Both the position numbers and the translations under genes were made by a program. This document shows positions 1 to 10,093 of a DNA stretch of 64,000 nt, piece by piece (positions within the stretch are counted from its first letter, which is position 1; each line of letters opens with the position of its first letter). The stretch comes from an uncultured Alphaproteobacteria bacterium (GTDB lineage Bacteria > Pseudomonadota > Alphaproteobacteria > Rhizobiales > Xanthobacteraceae), in assembly GCA_963717265.1 (NCBI GenBank), contig CAVQWD010000011.1, forward strand, positions 5,105 through 69,104, in the 5' to 3' direction. The notes under the pieces were generated by a model. It was not told the origin of the DNA. It was given only the letters and a program-made list of their open reading frames with translations, and did not search any database.

Positions 1-480
1 CAGATCGAGCGCACGATAGATCACCGAATCATCGGCGGAGAGCCAGCCGTCGGCAATGCCGAGCACGAGCTTGGATCGCACCACGCGCTTGATGTCGATG
101 CCGTACACCACCTTCTTCACGGTCGGCAGCACTTGGCCGGAGAATTTTATCTCGCCCATACCGAGCGCGCGGCCCTTGCCGGAACAGCCGATCCAGCCGA
201 GGAAAAAGCCGAGCAATTGCCACAGCGCATCGATACCGAGGCAGCCCGGCATGACCGGGTCACCTTTGAAGTGGCAGCTGAAGAACCACAGGTCCGGCTT
301 GAGATCGAGCACCGCACGCACCAAGCCCTTACCGTACTCGCCGCCCACCTCTGCGATTTCACAGATGCGGTCGAACATGAGCATCGGCGGCAACGGCAGC
401 TGCGGGCCTTGGGCGAACATCTCGCCGCGCCCGCAGGCCAAGAGGTCCTCATATTCGAAATTCGAGCGGCGTTCCTGCAT
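1..480 (-). CDS. fabA: 3-hydroxyacyl-ACP dehydratase/isomerase FabA (C-terminal ~10 aa outside window)
   Basis: Reverse frame is open from the window edge to ATG at 480-478 (absent from the ORF track because it runs off the edge). Translation [39 protein letters not shown]...[26 protein letters not shown] matches FabA, including the catalytic His region. Confidence 0.9.
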   Translation of the reverse strand, partial: MQERRSNFEYEDLLACGRGEMFAQGPQLPLPPMLMFDRICEIAEVGGEYGKGLVRAVLDLKPDLWFFSCHFKGDPVMPGCLGIDALWQLLGFFLGWIGCSGKGRALGMGEIKFSGQVLPTVKKVVYGIDIKRVVRSKLVLGIADGWLSADDSVIYRALDL

Positions 481-692
481 CCGCATCCGTCTCCGCCCTG
501 CTGGTGGGCAGTTGCCGAATCCCTAACATATGGAGGCAAGACGGCAAAGGCGCATCCCGCCGCCCGTCCCCTGCCACGACGGCACGTCGCTCCCCCTCCG
601 CGTTGGCGAGGGTTGCAGCCGGCGCAAGGTGGCGTATAATGATTTCACTTGCAACGATCTCCTTGAGGCCTGCGGGCCCCCGTGGTGGAGCA

Positions 693-1184
693 ATGACTCA
701 GTCGCGTCCGATGGCTACGTGGACCGCCAACGTGCAACCGCGAACGCCGGCGATGCAGGCCGATATGACCGGCTGCCCGTGGCACGACGTCAAGCGCAAG
801 CTGCGGGACGTGGGCCTGCGCCCGACGCGGCAACGCATGGCGCTCGGCTGGATTCTCTTCGCCAAGGGCGACCGCCACCTCACCGCCGAAATGCTCTACG
901 AGGAAGCCACCCGCGCCAAGGTCCCGGTATCGCTCGCCACGGTGTACAATACGCTGCACCAGTTCATCGAGGTCGGCCTGCTTCGCCAAGTCGCCGTCGA
1001 CGGCTCGAAGGCCTATTTCGACACCAATAATTCCGAGCACCACCATTTCTTTGTCGAGGGCGAAAACAACCTGATCGACATTCCCTTAAGCGATGTGGGG
1101 GTCGGCAAGGCGCCGATCCCGCCGGAAGGCTACGAGATTGCCCGCATCGATGTCGTCGTGCGGCTGCGGCGCAAGCAGGGCTGA
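693..1184 (+). CDS. irr: Fur-family iron response regulator Irr
   Basis: GCPWHD heme-regulatory (Cys-Pro) motif near the N-terminus, internal HHH (SEHHHFF), and winged-helix core LRPTRQRMALGWILF...VSLATVYNTLHQF. ATG 693 follows GGTGGAG. Divergent from fabA as in Bradyrhizobium. Confidence 0.9.
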   Translation: MTQSRPMATWTANVQPRTPAMQADMTGCPWHDVKRKLRDVGLRPTRQRMALGWILFAKGDRHLTAEMLYEEATRAKVPVSLATVYNTLHQFIEVGLLRQVAVDGSKAYFDTNNSEHHHFFVEGENNLIDIPLSDVGVGKAPIPPEGYEIARIDVVVRLRRKQG

Positions 1185-1239
1185 ACGGCTGATCATCACG
1201 GCCAGGCGACGGCCGAAAATCACAGTATAAAAGCAATCA

Positions 1240-1755
1240 TCAATCGATCTTCTCGCTCGGGTAGACGCCCCAGAGCGAATCCTGCGCCACCCAGCCGTCA
1301 AAATTCTTGCCGGCGAGGTGACACCAGGTGCCGTTGCACGCGTCGACGGCGCCGATGACCCCGACCTCGAGCTCGGCCGCGATCGAACTCCTTGCATCAG
1401 GCTTGGTATGAACCGGCGCGAGATCGGTCTTTCGCTTCAATTGCACGGCTGCCATGCGTTTGCCGGAAAGGAGCGAATGATAGACCCAGCCCTCCGACCC
1501 GTCCCAGTCGCGAATGCGGCGCCAATTTTCGAATTGGGCCGTGATCTCGACCGGCCAGCCGACGCGAGTGAAGATGAACGAGACTTCGTGGTCCTTGTCG
1601 GGGCCGCCGCGCACGTTGACCCGGTCGGCCTTGATGCTGACGAAACGCGGCACTGGCAGCGAACCGGTGATGTCGCCTGAGCCGGCATGGCTCGGGCCCA
1701 CGGCAGATGCGAATGTGAGCAAAGCCGCAATCGCGGCCCGGATCCAGGCAATCAT
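1240..1755 (-). CDS. Secreted SH3-like domain protein (COG3807-type)
   Basis: Signal-like MIAWIRAAIAALLTFASAVGPSHA, then two SH3b-like segments (RFVSIKADRVNVRGGP..., GWVYHSLLSG...). Start 1755 or 1773 is uncertain. Confidence 0.7.
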   Translation of the reverse strand: MIAWIRAAIAALLTFASAVGPSHAGSGDITGSLPVPRFVSIKADRVNVRGGPDKDHEVSFIFTRVGWPVEITAQFENWRRIRDWDGSEGWVYHSLLSGKRMAAVQLKRKTDLAPVHTKPDARSSIAAELEVGVIGAVDACNGTWCHLAGKNFDGWVAQDSLWGVYPSEKID

Positions 1756-2029
1756 CGGCCTCCCATGCCGCATTAACTCGCGACATGCCCAGACTATAGT
1801 TCCATAAGCTGCAAGACTGGCAACCCGGCGCGCTTTGTAGGAGCGCGGCCATCTGCTAGACAGGATTTGATGAACCATCTCCCGGACCTAGTTTCGATCG
1901 GCCGGGTTAAGGAGACCTGAACGGCGGGCGGCAGAGTCCCCTACGCGCTCGCGGCATGGCAAGCGCGGCGGCTGCCTCGCGGCTCACGTGCGAAGGCCGT
2001 CTTTCGAACCACCGCGCAAGAGACGACTG

Positions 2030-3031
2030 ATGGCACAGGGCAAAAAGCCGCTGGTTGTGGTCACCCGCAGGCTGCCCGACAGCGTCGAGATGCGCATGCG
2101 CGAATTGTTCGATGTGCGGTTGAATGCGGAAGATACGCCGATGAGCCAGGCGCAGCTCGTCGAGGCTGCCAAGAGCGCCGACGTGCTGGTGCCGACGGTC
2201 ACCGATCACATCGACCGCTCCGTGCTCAGCCAATCTGGCGAACGCTTGCGGCTGATTGCCAATTTCGGCAACGGCGTCGACAATATCGACGTTGCCAGTG
2301 CGGTCCAGCGCGGTATCACTGTGACCAATACGCCCGGCGTCCTGACTGAGGATACCGCCGACATGACGATGGCGCTGATCCTGGCCGTGCCGCGCCGGCT
2401 GGTGGAAGGGGCGCGCGTGCTCACCGGCGACGCCGATTGGACCGGCTGGAGCCCGACCTGGATGCTCGGCCATCGCATCTGGGGCAAACGGCTTGGCATC
2501 CTCGGCATGGGGCGCATCGGCCAGGCCGTGGCCCGTCGCGCCCAGGCGTTCGGCTTGAAAATCCACTATCACAACCGCCGCCGCGTGGCGCCGCACATCG
2601 AGGAGGAATTGCACGCCACCTACTGGGAAAGCCTTGATCAGATGCTCGCCCGCATGGACATCATCTCGATCAATTGCCCGCACACGCCGGCGACCTATCA
2701 TCTGCTCTCAGCACGCCGGCTGAAACTGATCCGCCCCGAAGCCTACGTCGTCAATACCGCGCGCGGCGAGGTGATCGACGAGAACGCGCTGGCGCGGCTG
2801 ATCGAGGCGGAGGCCATCGCCGGCGCCGGCCTCGACGTGTTCGAACATGAGCCGGCGGTGAGCCCCAAGCTCGTCAAGCTCGCGCGCGCCGGCAAAGTCG
2901 TGTTGTTGCCGCATCTCGGCTCGGCCACGCTCGAAGGCCGCATCGATATGGGCGAGAAGGTCATCGTCAACATCAAGACCTTCATGGACGGCCACCGCCC
3001 GCCTGACCGCGTCCTGCCGTCTATGTTGTAG
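2030..3031 (+). CDS. D-isomer-specific 2-hydroxyacid dehydrogenase (glyoxylate/hydroxypyruvate reductase family)
   Basis: NAD fold GILGMGRIGQAVARRA. Catalytic region NTARGEVIDENAL...LDVFEHEP...LLPHLGSAT. Confidence 0.85.
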   Translation: MAQGKKPLVVVTRRLPDSVEMRMRELFDVRLNAEDTPMSQAQLVEAAKSADVLVPTVTDHIDRSVLSQSGERLRLIANFGNGVDNIDVASAVQRGITVTNTPGVLTEDTADMTMALILAVPRRLVEGARVLTGDADWTGWSPTWMLGHRIWGKRLGILGMGRIGQAVARRAQAFGLKIHYHNRRRVAPHIEEELHATYWESLDQMLARMDIISINCPHTPATYHLLSARRLKLIRPEAYVVNTARGEVIDENALARLIEAEAIAGAGLDVFEHEPAVSPKLVKLARAGKVVLLPHLGSATLEGRIDMGEKVIVNIKTFMDGHRPPDRVLPSML

Positions 3032-3053
3032 GCGTGCGGCATCCGGCACAGTC

Positions 3054-4043
3054 ATGCATTCCAGAGCGCAGATGGCCAAGCTGTTAACCGAAGAAACAAT
3101 GGTGCCGTCGCTCGATCCTGGCATCGACATTTATGTACGCAACAAGCGACCCGCCGATATGACCGCATTCCGGCCCGAGCGTACCTTGTTGTTCGTGCAT
3201 GGCGCGACCTATCCGGCACATACGACGTTCGACATGCAACTCGATGGCCGCTCGTGGATGGATTACATCGCCTCGGACGGCTATGATGTTTATTTGCTCG
3301 ATGTCCGCGGCTACGGCAGGTCGACGCGCCCGCAAGAAATGGCCGACAAGCCGGACACCCATCCGCCGATCGTCCGCGGCGAAACCGCGCTAAAGGATAT
3401 CGCCGCCGTCGTCGATTTCATTCTCAAACGGCGCGACGTTCCCCGCCTCGCGCTCGCCGGCTGGTCGTGGGGCACAGTATTGATGGCGACCTATGCGACC
3501 CGCAATCCTGACAAGGTCGAACGGCTGGTGCTGCACGCACCGGTCTGGATCCGCAATACTCCCTCGCCGCTGCACGCCGGGTCCGGTCCGCTCGGCGCCT
3601 ACCGGACGGTGACGCGGGAGCAGGCGCGCGCCCGCTGGTACAACGGCGTGGCCGAAGACAAGCAAGCCGGCCTCATTCCGGAAGGCTTCTTCGCCGCCTG
3701 GGCAGACGCGACCTGGGCGAGCGATCCGGAAGGCGCGAAGCTTACGCCTGCGGTGATCCGCGCGCCCAATGGCGTCGTGCTGGACGGTGCCGAATACTGG
3801 TCGGCCGGCAGGCCTTATTACGAGCCGGCAAAGATCACGGTGCCGACGCTGGTGATCGTGGGCGGGTGGGACCACGACACGCCGCCCAATATGGCGCGAA
3901 CACTGTTCCCCCTCTTGGTCAATTCGCCTGGCAAAAGCTTGGTCGAACTCGACGAGGGCACGCATCACGTCATGATGGAAAAGAACCGGCTCGAACTGTT
4001 TGACGCCGTTCAGCGCTTCTTGAACGCACGGGCTGCCGACTGA
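3054..4043 (+). CDS. Alpha/beta hydrolase
   Basis: LLFVHGATY oxyanion region, nucleophile elbow LAGWSWG, C-terminal EGTHHVMMEK. Exact start is uncertain. Confidence 0.75.
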   Translation: MHSRAQMAKLLTEETMVPSLDPGIDIYVRNKRPADMTAFRPERTLLFVHGATYPAHTTFDMQLDGRSWMDYIASDGYDVYLLDVRGYGRSTRPQEMADKPDTHPPIVRGETALKDIAAVVDFILKRRDVPRLALAGWSWGTVLMATYATRNPDKVERLVLHAPVWIRNTPSPLHAGSGPLGAYRTVTREQARARWYNGVAEDKQAGLIPEGFFAAWADATWASDPEGAKLTPAVIRAPNGVVLDGAEYWSAGRPYYEPAKITVPTLVIVGGWDHDTPPNMARTLFPLLVNSPGKSLVELDEGTHHVMMEKNRLELFDAVQRFLNARAAD

Positions 4044-4083
4044 GACCAAAGCTCATAAGATTTGTTGATATGCCGGAATCGCG

Positions 4084-5178
4084 TCACTGCGAGGAGCGAA
4101 AGCGATGGAGCGATCCGTAATCGGCTTCCCCGGTTGTTGCCGGGGCCGTTCCACGGCGGCCGCGCGTGGTTTCATGGCGCAGTTCGGGCATCACCTCGCC
4201 GGCGAACAGGCCGATCGAGCGCAAGCACTCGTCGAGCGTCAAATCGCCGAACGCGAATTGGCCGACGACGTAATTGCAGCCGGTTGCGGCAAGCTGTTCG
4301 GCAATATGTTCGCGCACGCTTGCCGGCGAACCGGCAATGCCCTGGCCGCGCTCCAGAAGGCTGTCGAAGTCCGGCGGCCGCGGATGCGATTGCGGCCGCC
4401 CCTGCAGGCGGAACAGATAGGTGAAGCTCTGGTGCCAGACCGGATAGGCGCGGCGGGCAAGCTGCAACGCCTCGGCGTCGGTTTCCGCGACGACGATAAA
4501 ACGGCCCAGCCCGAGTTTCGGCAGCGGCGCCGCCGCGCCGTGCAGCGATTGCCAGGTCGTGCGGTAGCTGTCGATGGTGACGCGCGCATCGGCGGTCGGA
4601 TCGAGATCGATGACGTTGAGCGCGCGCCGGGCTGCGCGCACAGCGCTATCCGGCGCATGCACACCGTACCAGATCGGCGGGTGCGGCTTCTGCGCCGGAG
4701 CGATCAACATCGGCACCTTGGCGAAGGAAAAATACTTGCCATCGAAGTCGAGCGTCTCATGCGTCAAGCCGCGAATGATCAATTCGACGGCCTCGGCATA
4801 AAGATCCTGCGCCGCAGCCGGATCGACCCCGAAATACTCGATCTCGAGCGGCGAGGCGCCGCGGCCGAAGCTTAATTCGAGCCGGCCGCCGCTCATCTGA
4901 TCGAGCATGCAGATTTCCTCGATCAGCCTTAGCGGGTGATAGAGGGGCAGCACATACACCATCGGCCCGAAGCGCAGCCGCCGCGTGCGCTGCGCCAAGG
5001 CGGCCAAAAACAGGTTCGGCGACGGCGCCATGCCGAGCGGCGTCGCATGGTGCTCGGCGAGGTGATAGGCATAAAAGCCGGTGCGATCGTAGGCTTCGGC
5101 GATTTTCAGCCGGTCCTCGTAATAATCCGACAATGCATCACCGGCGTGATCGAGATGATCGAAGATTCCGAATTCCAT
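4084..5178 (-). CDS. LLM-class (luciferase-like) flavin-dependent oxidoreductase
   Basis: MEFGIFDHLD...YHLAEHHATPLGMAPSPNLFLAALAQRT...GGRLELSFGRG is typical of the family. Confidence 0.85.
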   Translation of the reverse strand: MEFGIFDHLDHAGDALSDYYEDRLKIAEAYDRTGFYAYHLAEHHATPLGMAPSPNLFLAALAQRTRRLRFGPMVYVLPLYHPLRLIEEICMLDQMSGGRLELSFGRGASPLEIEYFGVDPAAAQDLYAEAVELIIRGLTHETLDFDGKYFSFAKVPMLIAPAQKPHPPIWYGVHAPDSAVRAARRALNVIDLDPTADARVTIDSYRTTWQSLHGAAAPLPKLGLGRFIVVAETDAEALQLARRAYPVWHQSFTYLFRLQGRPQSHPRPPDFDSLLERGQGIAGSPASVREHIAEQLAATGCNYVVGQFAFGDLTLDECLRSIGLFAGEVMPELRHETTRGRRGTAPATTGEADYGSLHRFRSSQ

Positions 5179-5262
5179 GCGACACCTTTGCTGCCGGCAA
5201 TGTAGCCTGAATGGTTCGATGGCGAAATACCGGCCTCATTGCGGGCGAAGCGTAAAGAGCAG

Positions 5263-6660
5263 TCAGGCGCGCAGCAACTCGATCAGCTTGCGGCTGTCGT
5301 CAAGCTCTTCCAGTCGCATCACCGCATCGATCAGCGCATCCTGCCGCTTTGCCGCCATGGCGCCGCGGGTCAGCTTGCGAAACTTCGCCACGATATCGTC
5401 TGCGCCGGCAAACGATTGCTCGCTGCCGCGTGGCGCCTCGCGGCTCTCGTGCTCCATCGAACCGTCGCAAAAATTCACTTCGACCCGAACCTTGTGCCGG
5501 AAGGCCGGACCAAGGGCGGTAATCGCGGGATCGTGCACTACCTTGACCCGGCGCGACAGCGCCCTACGCGCCTCGTCGCTGAGGCAGTCTGGCGTGAACT
5601 GATCGACGAACGCGTCGCCCTCGATCAGCAGCGTGGCGACGCAAAAAGGCAGGTTCAGCTGTGCGGCGGTCAGCCCCTCGGGCCGATACGGCCAGCCGAC
5701 GTGATCGACGGAGACCTGCGAGCCGTACACCACGATAGTGTTGATGTCGTCGAGAGCGAACGGCCGCCGCTTACGGATATCTGAAATGGCATCGAGCGTG
5801 GTGTGATTGGAGCCGACGCAGGAATAGAATTTTAGCGCAATGCGCATCGTCTCGAAGCGTTCGCCGAGGCCCGAACTCAGCTCGTCGAGATTAAAGCGGT
5901 CCTGCGAGCGCGAGAACGTGGTGCAGAAGCCACCATAGGGCGCTTCGAACACATCGACGATGCCGGTAAAGCCGTGCTTTGCCAAGAGCGCGCCGTAAAG
6001 GCCGCTCTGCGCCGCGCGGCCGGCATGCATGCGCTTGACCATGGCGCCATATTGGGCCGCCATCAGCCCCGCTGACTGCGTGCCGGCGATGCCAAGCGCG
6101 TGCACGGTTTGGTCGGCATCGAGCGCCAGCGCGCGGGCGGCGCCGGCGGCGGCGGAGAAAATCCCGACGGTCGCGCCCGAGTGCCAACCCTGGCCGATAT
6201 GCTCCTGGCCCATGCACAGGCCGACGCGCGGCCCCACCTCATAGCCGGCAACAGCGGCGGCAAGAAATTCGCGCCCGGAAAGGGTGGCGTGGCTCTCCGC
6301 GACAGCGATCAAGGCCGGCAGCGTCACCGCGCCGACATGCAGCACGGCTTTGCGGTGCACATCGTCAAGCTCGAAACTTTGGACCTGCGTGCCATTGACG
6401 AGCGCCGCGTGCGGCGAAGACAGACGCACGGCAGTGCCCCAAATCGACGTGGTACGCGTGGCGTCGAGGCCTTCCAGCGTATTGCGCAGGATGCAGCACC
6501 ATTCGAGATCCGCCCCGTAGATGCCGCAGCCCAGCGAATCGAGCATGAGCAATTTGATCCGCTCGATCACTGCAAGCGGAATCCGCTCGAAGGTGAGGCC
6601 CGATACGAATTCGGCGATTGCGCGCGTATGGAGGTTGTTCACGCCAGCATGATCGGACAT
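5263..6660 (-). CDS. MmgE/PrpD family protein
   Basis: Full-length 465 aa. N-terminal AEFVSGLTFERIPLAVIERIKLLMLDSLGCG and a central GWHSGATVG-type core. Confidence 0.85.
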   Translation of the reverse strand: MSDHAGVNNLHTRAIAEFVSGLTFERIPLAVIERIKLLMLDSLGCGIYGADLEWCCILRNTLEGLDATRTTSIWGTAVRLSSPHAALVNGTQVQSFELDDVHRKAVLHVGAVTLPALIAVAESHATLSGREFLAAAVAGYEVGPRVGLCMGQEHIGQGWHSGATVGIFSAAAGAARALALDADQTVHALGIAGTQSAGLMAAQYGAMVKRMHAGRAAQSGLYGALLAKHGFTGIVDVFEAPYGGFCTTFSRSQDRFNLDELSSGLGERFETMRIALKFYSCVGSNHTTLDAISDIRKRRPFALDDINTIVVYGSQVSVDHVGWPYRPEGLTAAQLNLPFCVATLLIEGDAFVDQFTPDCLSDEARRALSRRVKVVHDPAITALGPAFRHKVRVEVNFCDGSMEHESREAPRGSEQSFAGADDIVAKFRKLTRGAMAAKRQDALIDAVMRLEELDDSRKLIELLRA

Positions 6661-6669
6661 GCTCGAATT

Positions 6670-7704
6670 TCACCGGGCGGCGGTTTTCGCCTTCATGGCG
6701 TCCCACCACGGGCACACGCCGGTCATGACCTCGTAATTGCCTTCCAGCACCTGTACCGGCCGGCGATAGCCTTCCGCCGCGTTCTTGAGCCGCAGCGCGC
6801 GGGCTTTCTCATTGTCTTGCTTCGACAGCCAGACGCGGTCATGGCCCCACAGGCTCGGGCCTTCCTTGCGTTCCGAAGCCTGCCAGGTGTTGACATCGAT
6901 CGAGCGCGCGCCCCAGCCGTACTCGACCATGAAGCCGGACGGCGTGAAGCTATAGAACGAGGTGATGAAATCGGATGTGTGGCGGCCGAGCGTGACGCCG
7001 ACGCGGCCTTCTTCGCCCACGGCAAGATCATAGGCTTGGCCGACATCGTCGAAACTGAACAGCTCCATCATGATGTGATGGACCGCGTTCTTCCCGGTCT
7101 GGATGAAAGCGAGGCTGTGATGGCGGGGATTGATATGGAGGAAGCGGGCGACAAACGGATGATCGTAATAGTCGGTCAGCCGGAAACCCAGCGTGTCGCG
7201 ATAAAATGCCATCAAGCGGTCGATCGTGTCTCGCGTTTCGACATTGAGCACGACATGGCCCAAGCCCAGCGGCCCGGTACGGAAGCCCGAGATCGAACGG
7301 CCGGGCTTGAACGGCTCGGCCGTGGTCTCGGCGCCATGGAAGATTTCCAGGCGGTTGCCGAGCGGATCGGCAAGCACGATCAAATCTTTGACGTGGCGCT
7401 CGTCGGCGAGCGCGCGGGACCCGCGCGCGACCTTGACCGCGGCCTGCTCAAGATGAGCCGCGAGCGCGTCGAGCGCCGCGGCGTCGGCGACCTCCCAGCC
7501 GAAATAGCCGATGCCTTCGCCGCCATCGGCGTCGACGATGATGCGCTGCTTGCGATCGTCCATGCGGAAGGCAAGGCTCAAGCGCGATTTGTCGATGCGC
7601 TGCAGGCCAAGCAGGCCCGAACCGTAGCCGGCCCAATCGCCCAAATCCTTGGCGCGAACGCCGACGTAACCCAAAGCCTGCGGAGCAAATCCCTTCGCCA
7701 TCAT
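6670..7704 (-). CDS. VOC-family type I extradiol ring-cleavage dioxygenase (BphC-like)
   Basis: Two VOC modules: LGYVGVRAKDLGDW... and GLGHVVLNVETRD...RHHSLAFIQ...HHIMMEL. Start taken at MMAKGF. Confidence 0.8.
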   Translation of the reverse strand: MMAKGFAPQALGYVGVRAKDLGDWAGYGSGLLGLQRIDKSRLSLAFRMDDRKQRIIVDADGGEGIGYFGWEVADAAALDALAAHLEQAAVKVARGSRALADERHVKDLIVLADPLGNRLEIFHGAETTAEPFKPGRSISGFRTGPLGLGHVVLNVETRDTIDRLMAFYRDTLGFRLTDYYDHPFVARFLHINPRHHSLAFIQTGKNAVHHIMMELFSFDDVGQAYDLAVGEEGRVGVTLGRHTSDFITSFYSFTPSGFMVEYGWGARSIDVNTWQASERKEGPSLWGHDRVWLSKQDNEKARALRLKNAAEGYRRPVQVLEGNYEVMTGVCPWWDAMKAKTAAR

Positions 7705-7794
7705 GACGAACCTCGTGCAGCCGGTCGGTGTGGCCGTTGCCATCCTTTTACACCGATGGCATGACGGTTGAAACGCTTAATGGGACGATCATTC

Positions 7795-8923
7795 ATGCAG
7801 CCGCGCAGCAAACCGCCTTTCCGTGCCGATCATGTCGGCAGCCTGATCCGGCCCGATGCGCTCATTGCGGCGCGCGAAACGGCCGAGAAAGGCGAGCTTG
7901 AACCGGCAGCATTGCTGCGCATCCAGCAAGACTCGATCGGAGAAGTCGTGCGGCTGCAGCAGCAGACCGGGCTCAAGCTCGCGACCGACGGCGAGTTCAA
8001 CCGCCATTCCTGGCAGCGCGACTTTCTGCTCAAGATCGGCAATGTCGAGCCGATGGCGTCGAAGCTCGCCGTGCGCTTTCACTCTGCTGCCGGAACCCGC
8101 GATCACTCGCCGCCGTCGCTGCAGGTCGTCGGCAAGCTGTCGCGCCCCGATGGCATATTCGTCGACGACTTCAAGTTCCTCAAATCGATCGTCGCCGCCT
8201 CGGTCACGCCGAAAATCACCATTCCGTCGCCCACGATCGTGCATTTCCGCGGCGGCCGCGAGGCCATCGACGCGCGCGCCTATCCGCAGATGGACGCATT
8301 CTACCAGGACTTGGCAAATGTCTATCGCGCGGAAATCCGGGATCTCGCCGCTGCCGGCTGCCGCTATCTGCAGATCGACGAGGTCAACCTCGCCTATCTG
8401 TGCGACCCCGAGCTGTGCCGTCAGGTCGCCAATATCGGCGAAGACCCGGACTCGCTGCCGAAGATCTATGCACGGCTGCTCAACGACGCGATCAAAGACA
8501 AACCGGCCGACATGACGGTGTGCATGCATCTGTGCCGCGGCAATTTTGCCGGCGCCTGGATCGCCGAAGGCGGCTATGAGCCGATCGCGGAGTCTCTTGT
8601 TCAACGAGATCGGCGTCGACGGCTACTTTCTCGAATACGATTCGCCGCGCGCTGGCGGTTTTGCTCCGTTGCGGCATCTGCCCAGGGGCAAGATCGCCGT
8701 GCTTGGCCTCGTCACCACCAAAAGTCCAAAAATGGAAACCAAGGACGAGCTGAAGCGGCGCATCGAGGAAGCGAGCCGCTATGCGCCGCTCGAGCAACTC
8801 GCGCTGTCGCCGCAATGCGGCTTCTCCTCGGGCATTGGCGGCAACACCATGACGGTCGAGGACGAGATCAAGAAGCTCGAGCTGGTGGTCGAGACGGCGC
8901 GCGAAGTATGGGGCGAAGCGTAG
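7795..8923 (+). pseudogene. Cobalamin-independent methionine synthase (MetE C-terminal domain)-like protein, +1 frameshift
   Basis: FRADHVGSLIRP...CMHLCRGNFAG...GGYEPIAESL continues in the +1 frame as FNEIGVDGYFLEYDSPRAGGF...LSPQCGFSS. There is one extra base within tctcttgttc (8593-8602). Confidence 0.8.
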
Positions 8924-8941
8924 CTCGACGAGTCCGGCCGA

Positions 8942-9922
8942 TCACCGCTCGGCGACGAAGCGATTTTCCATTCGGCCCAGATGCTCGATCTCGGTCTCCA
9001 CGACATCGCCCGGCTTGAGGAAGGTGTTGGTTCCCTGCCCGACGCCGCCGCAGGTGCCGCAGCTGAAAATGTCGCCGCTGTGCAGGGAAAGAATGTTCGA
9101 GCCGTATTCGATCTGCTCCTCGGGCGTGAAGATGAACTGCGAGGTGTTGCCGTTCTGTTTGATCTCGCCGTTGACGGTCAAGCGGATGAACAAATTCTTG
9201 TGATCGGGCACGAAGGCGCGCGGCAGCAGGAACGGCCCCATCGGCGCGAATCGGTCGTGGTTCTTGCCGTTGAGCCAATCCGAGCGCAGGCCCGGCCGGT
9301 CGGCGCGGATCTGCAGGTCGCGGGCGGAAACGTCGTTGGTGGTCATAAAACCCGCCACGTGTTCGAGCGCGCGTTCGGCCTTGATGCGTTTGCCGGGGCG
9401 GCTGATGGCGAGAGCGATCTCCGCCTCCCAGTCGATCTTGTTCAGACCTCGCGGGATTTCGATATCGTCATAGGCGCCGGCAAGGCAGCTCGGCGCTTTC
9501 AGGAACAAATAGGGCTGCGTCGTCGACTTCTCGCCGGTGAACTTCGGCCCGCCGACGGGAGTCATTCCGGCGCGCAGCATCTCGTCGACATGCTCCTGAA
9601 AATTCTGCGCCGCATAGAACATCTTGCCGGGGTGGGCTAACGGCGGCAGCGGGCGCAGCGCGGCGAGCTTGGCGGCGTCCGCCGGCAGCCCCTCCTTTTC
9701 GAAATAGGCCGCCATCTCCTGCAACACGGCAAAATTGGCGTCCCACTCCGGCAACAGGGCCTGAATGCTTTCGGTCGAACCAAGCCTGCCGCCTCGCCCC
9801 GAACGCAGATAGGCGGCCTGTGCCGCCGCGAGGTCGATCGCGTCCTCGCCGATCACGAGCGCAGCGAACGGGCTGCGCTGCGGTCTCGCCAGCGTGGCGA
9901 GCTTGAAAACTTTGCCGTTCAT
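8942..9922 (-). CDS. Fumarylacetoacetate hydrolase (FAH) family protein
   Basis: C-terminal FAH fold: DWEAEIALAI...TTNDVSARDLQ...GDIFSCGTCGGVG. Confidence 0.85.
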   Translation of the reverse strand: MNGKVFKLATLARPQRSPFAALVIGEDAIDLAAAQAAYLRSGRGGRLGSTESIQALLPEWDANFAVLQEMAAYFEKEGLPADAAKLAALRPLPPLAHPGKMFYAAQNFQEHVDEMLRAGMTPVGGPKFTGEKSTTQPYLFLKAPSCLAGAYDDIEIPRGLNKIDWEAEIALAISRPGKRIKAERALEHVAGFMTTNDVSARDLQIRADRPGLRSDWLNGKNHDRFAPMGPFLLPRAFVPDHKNLFIRLTVNGEIKQNGNTSQFIFTPEEQIEYGSNILSLHSGDIFSCGTCGGVGQGTNTFLKPGDVVETEIEHLGRMENRFVAER

Positions 9923-10093
9923 CAGCCGTGGCCCTCCAATGAAGAGAATTGAGCGTCACAAGAGCCCGCCAAGTCGGCGGGCGGCGCCAACCCACAATCG
10001 TTTCGCCCGCCGTGCAAGCCCTTTGTGCAAGCCCTTTGTGAAAGCCCTTTGCGGTTGGCGCGATCCGACTTCGAGAGCCGAGTGCAGTTAGCC

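Noticed and set aside
6100-7764. 554-aa plus-strand ORF
   Set aside because: It lies opposite the well-supported PrpD-family and extradiol dioxygenase genes. Low-complexity Arg/Ala-rich translation marks it as a shadow ORF.
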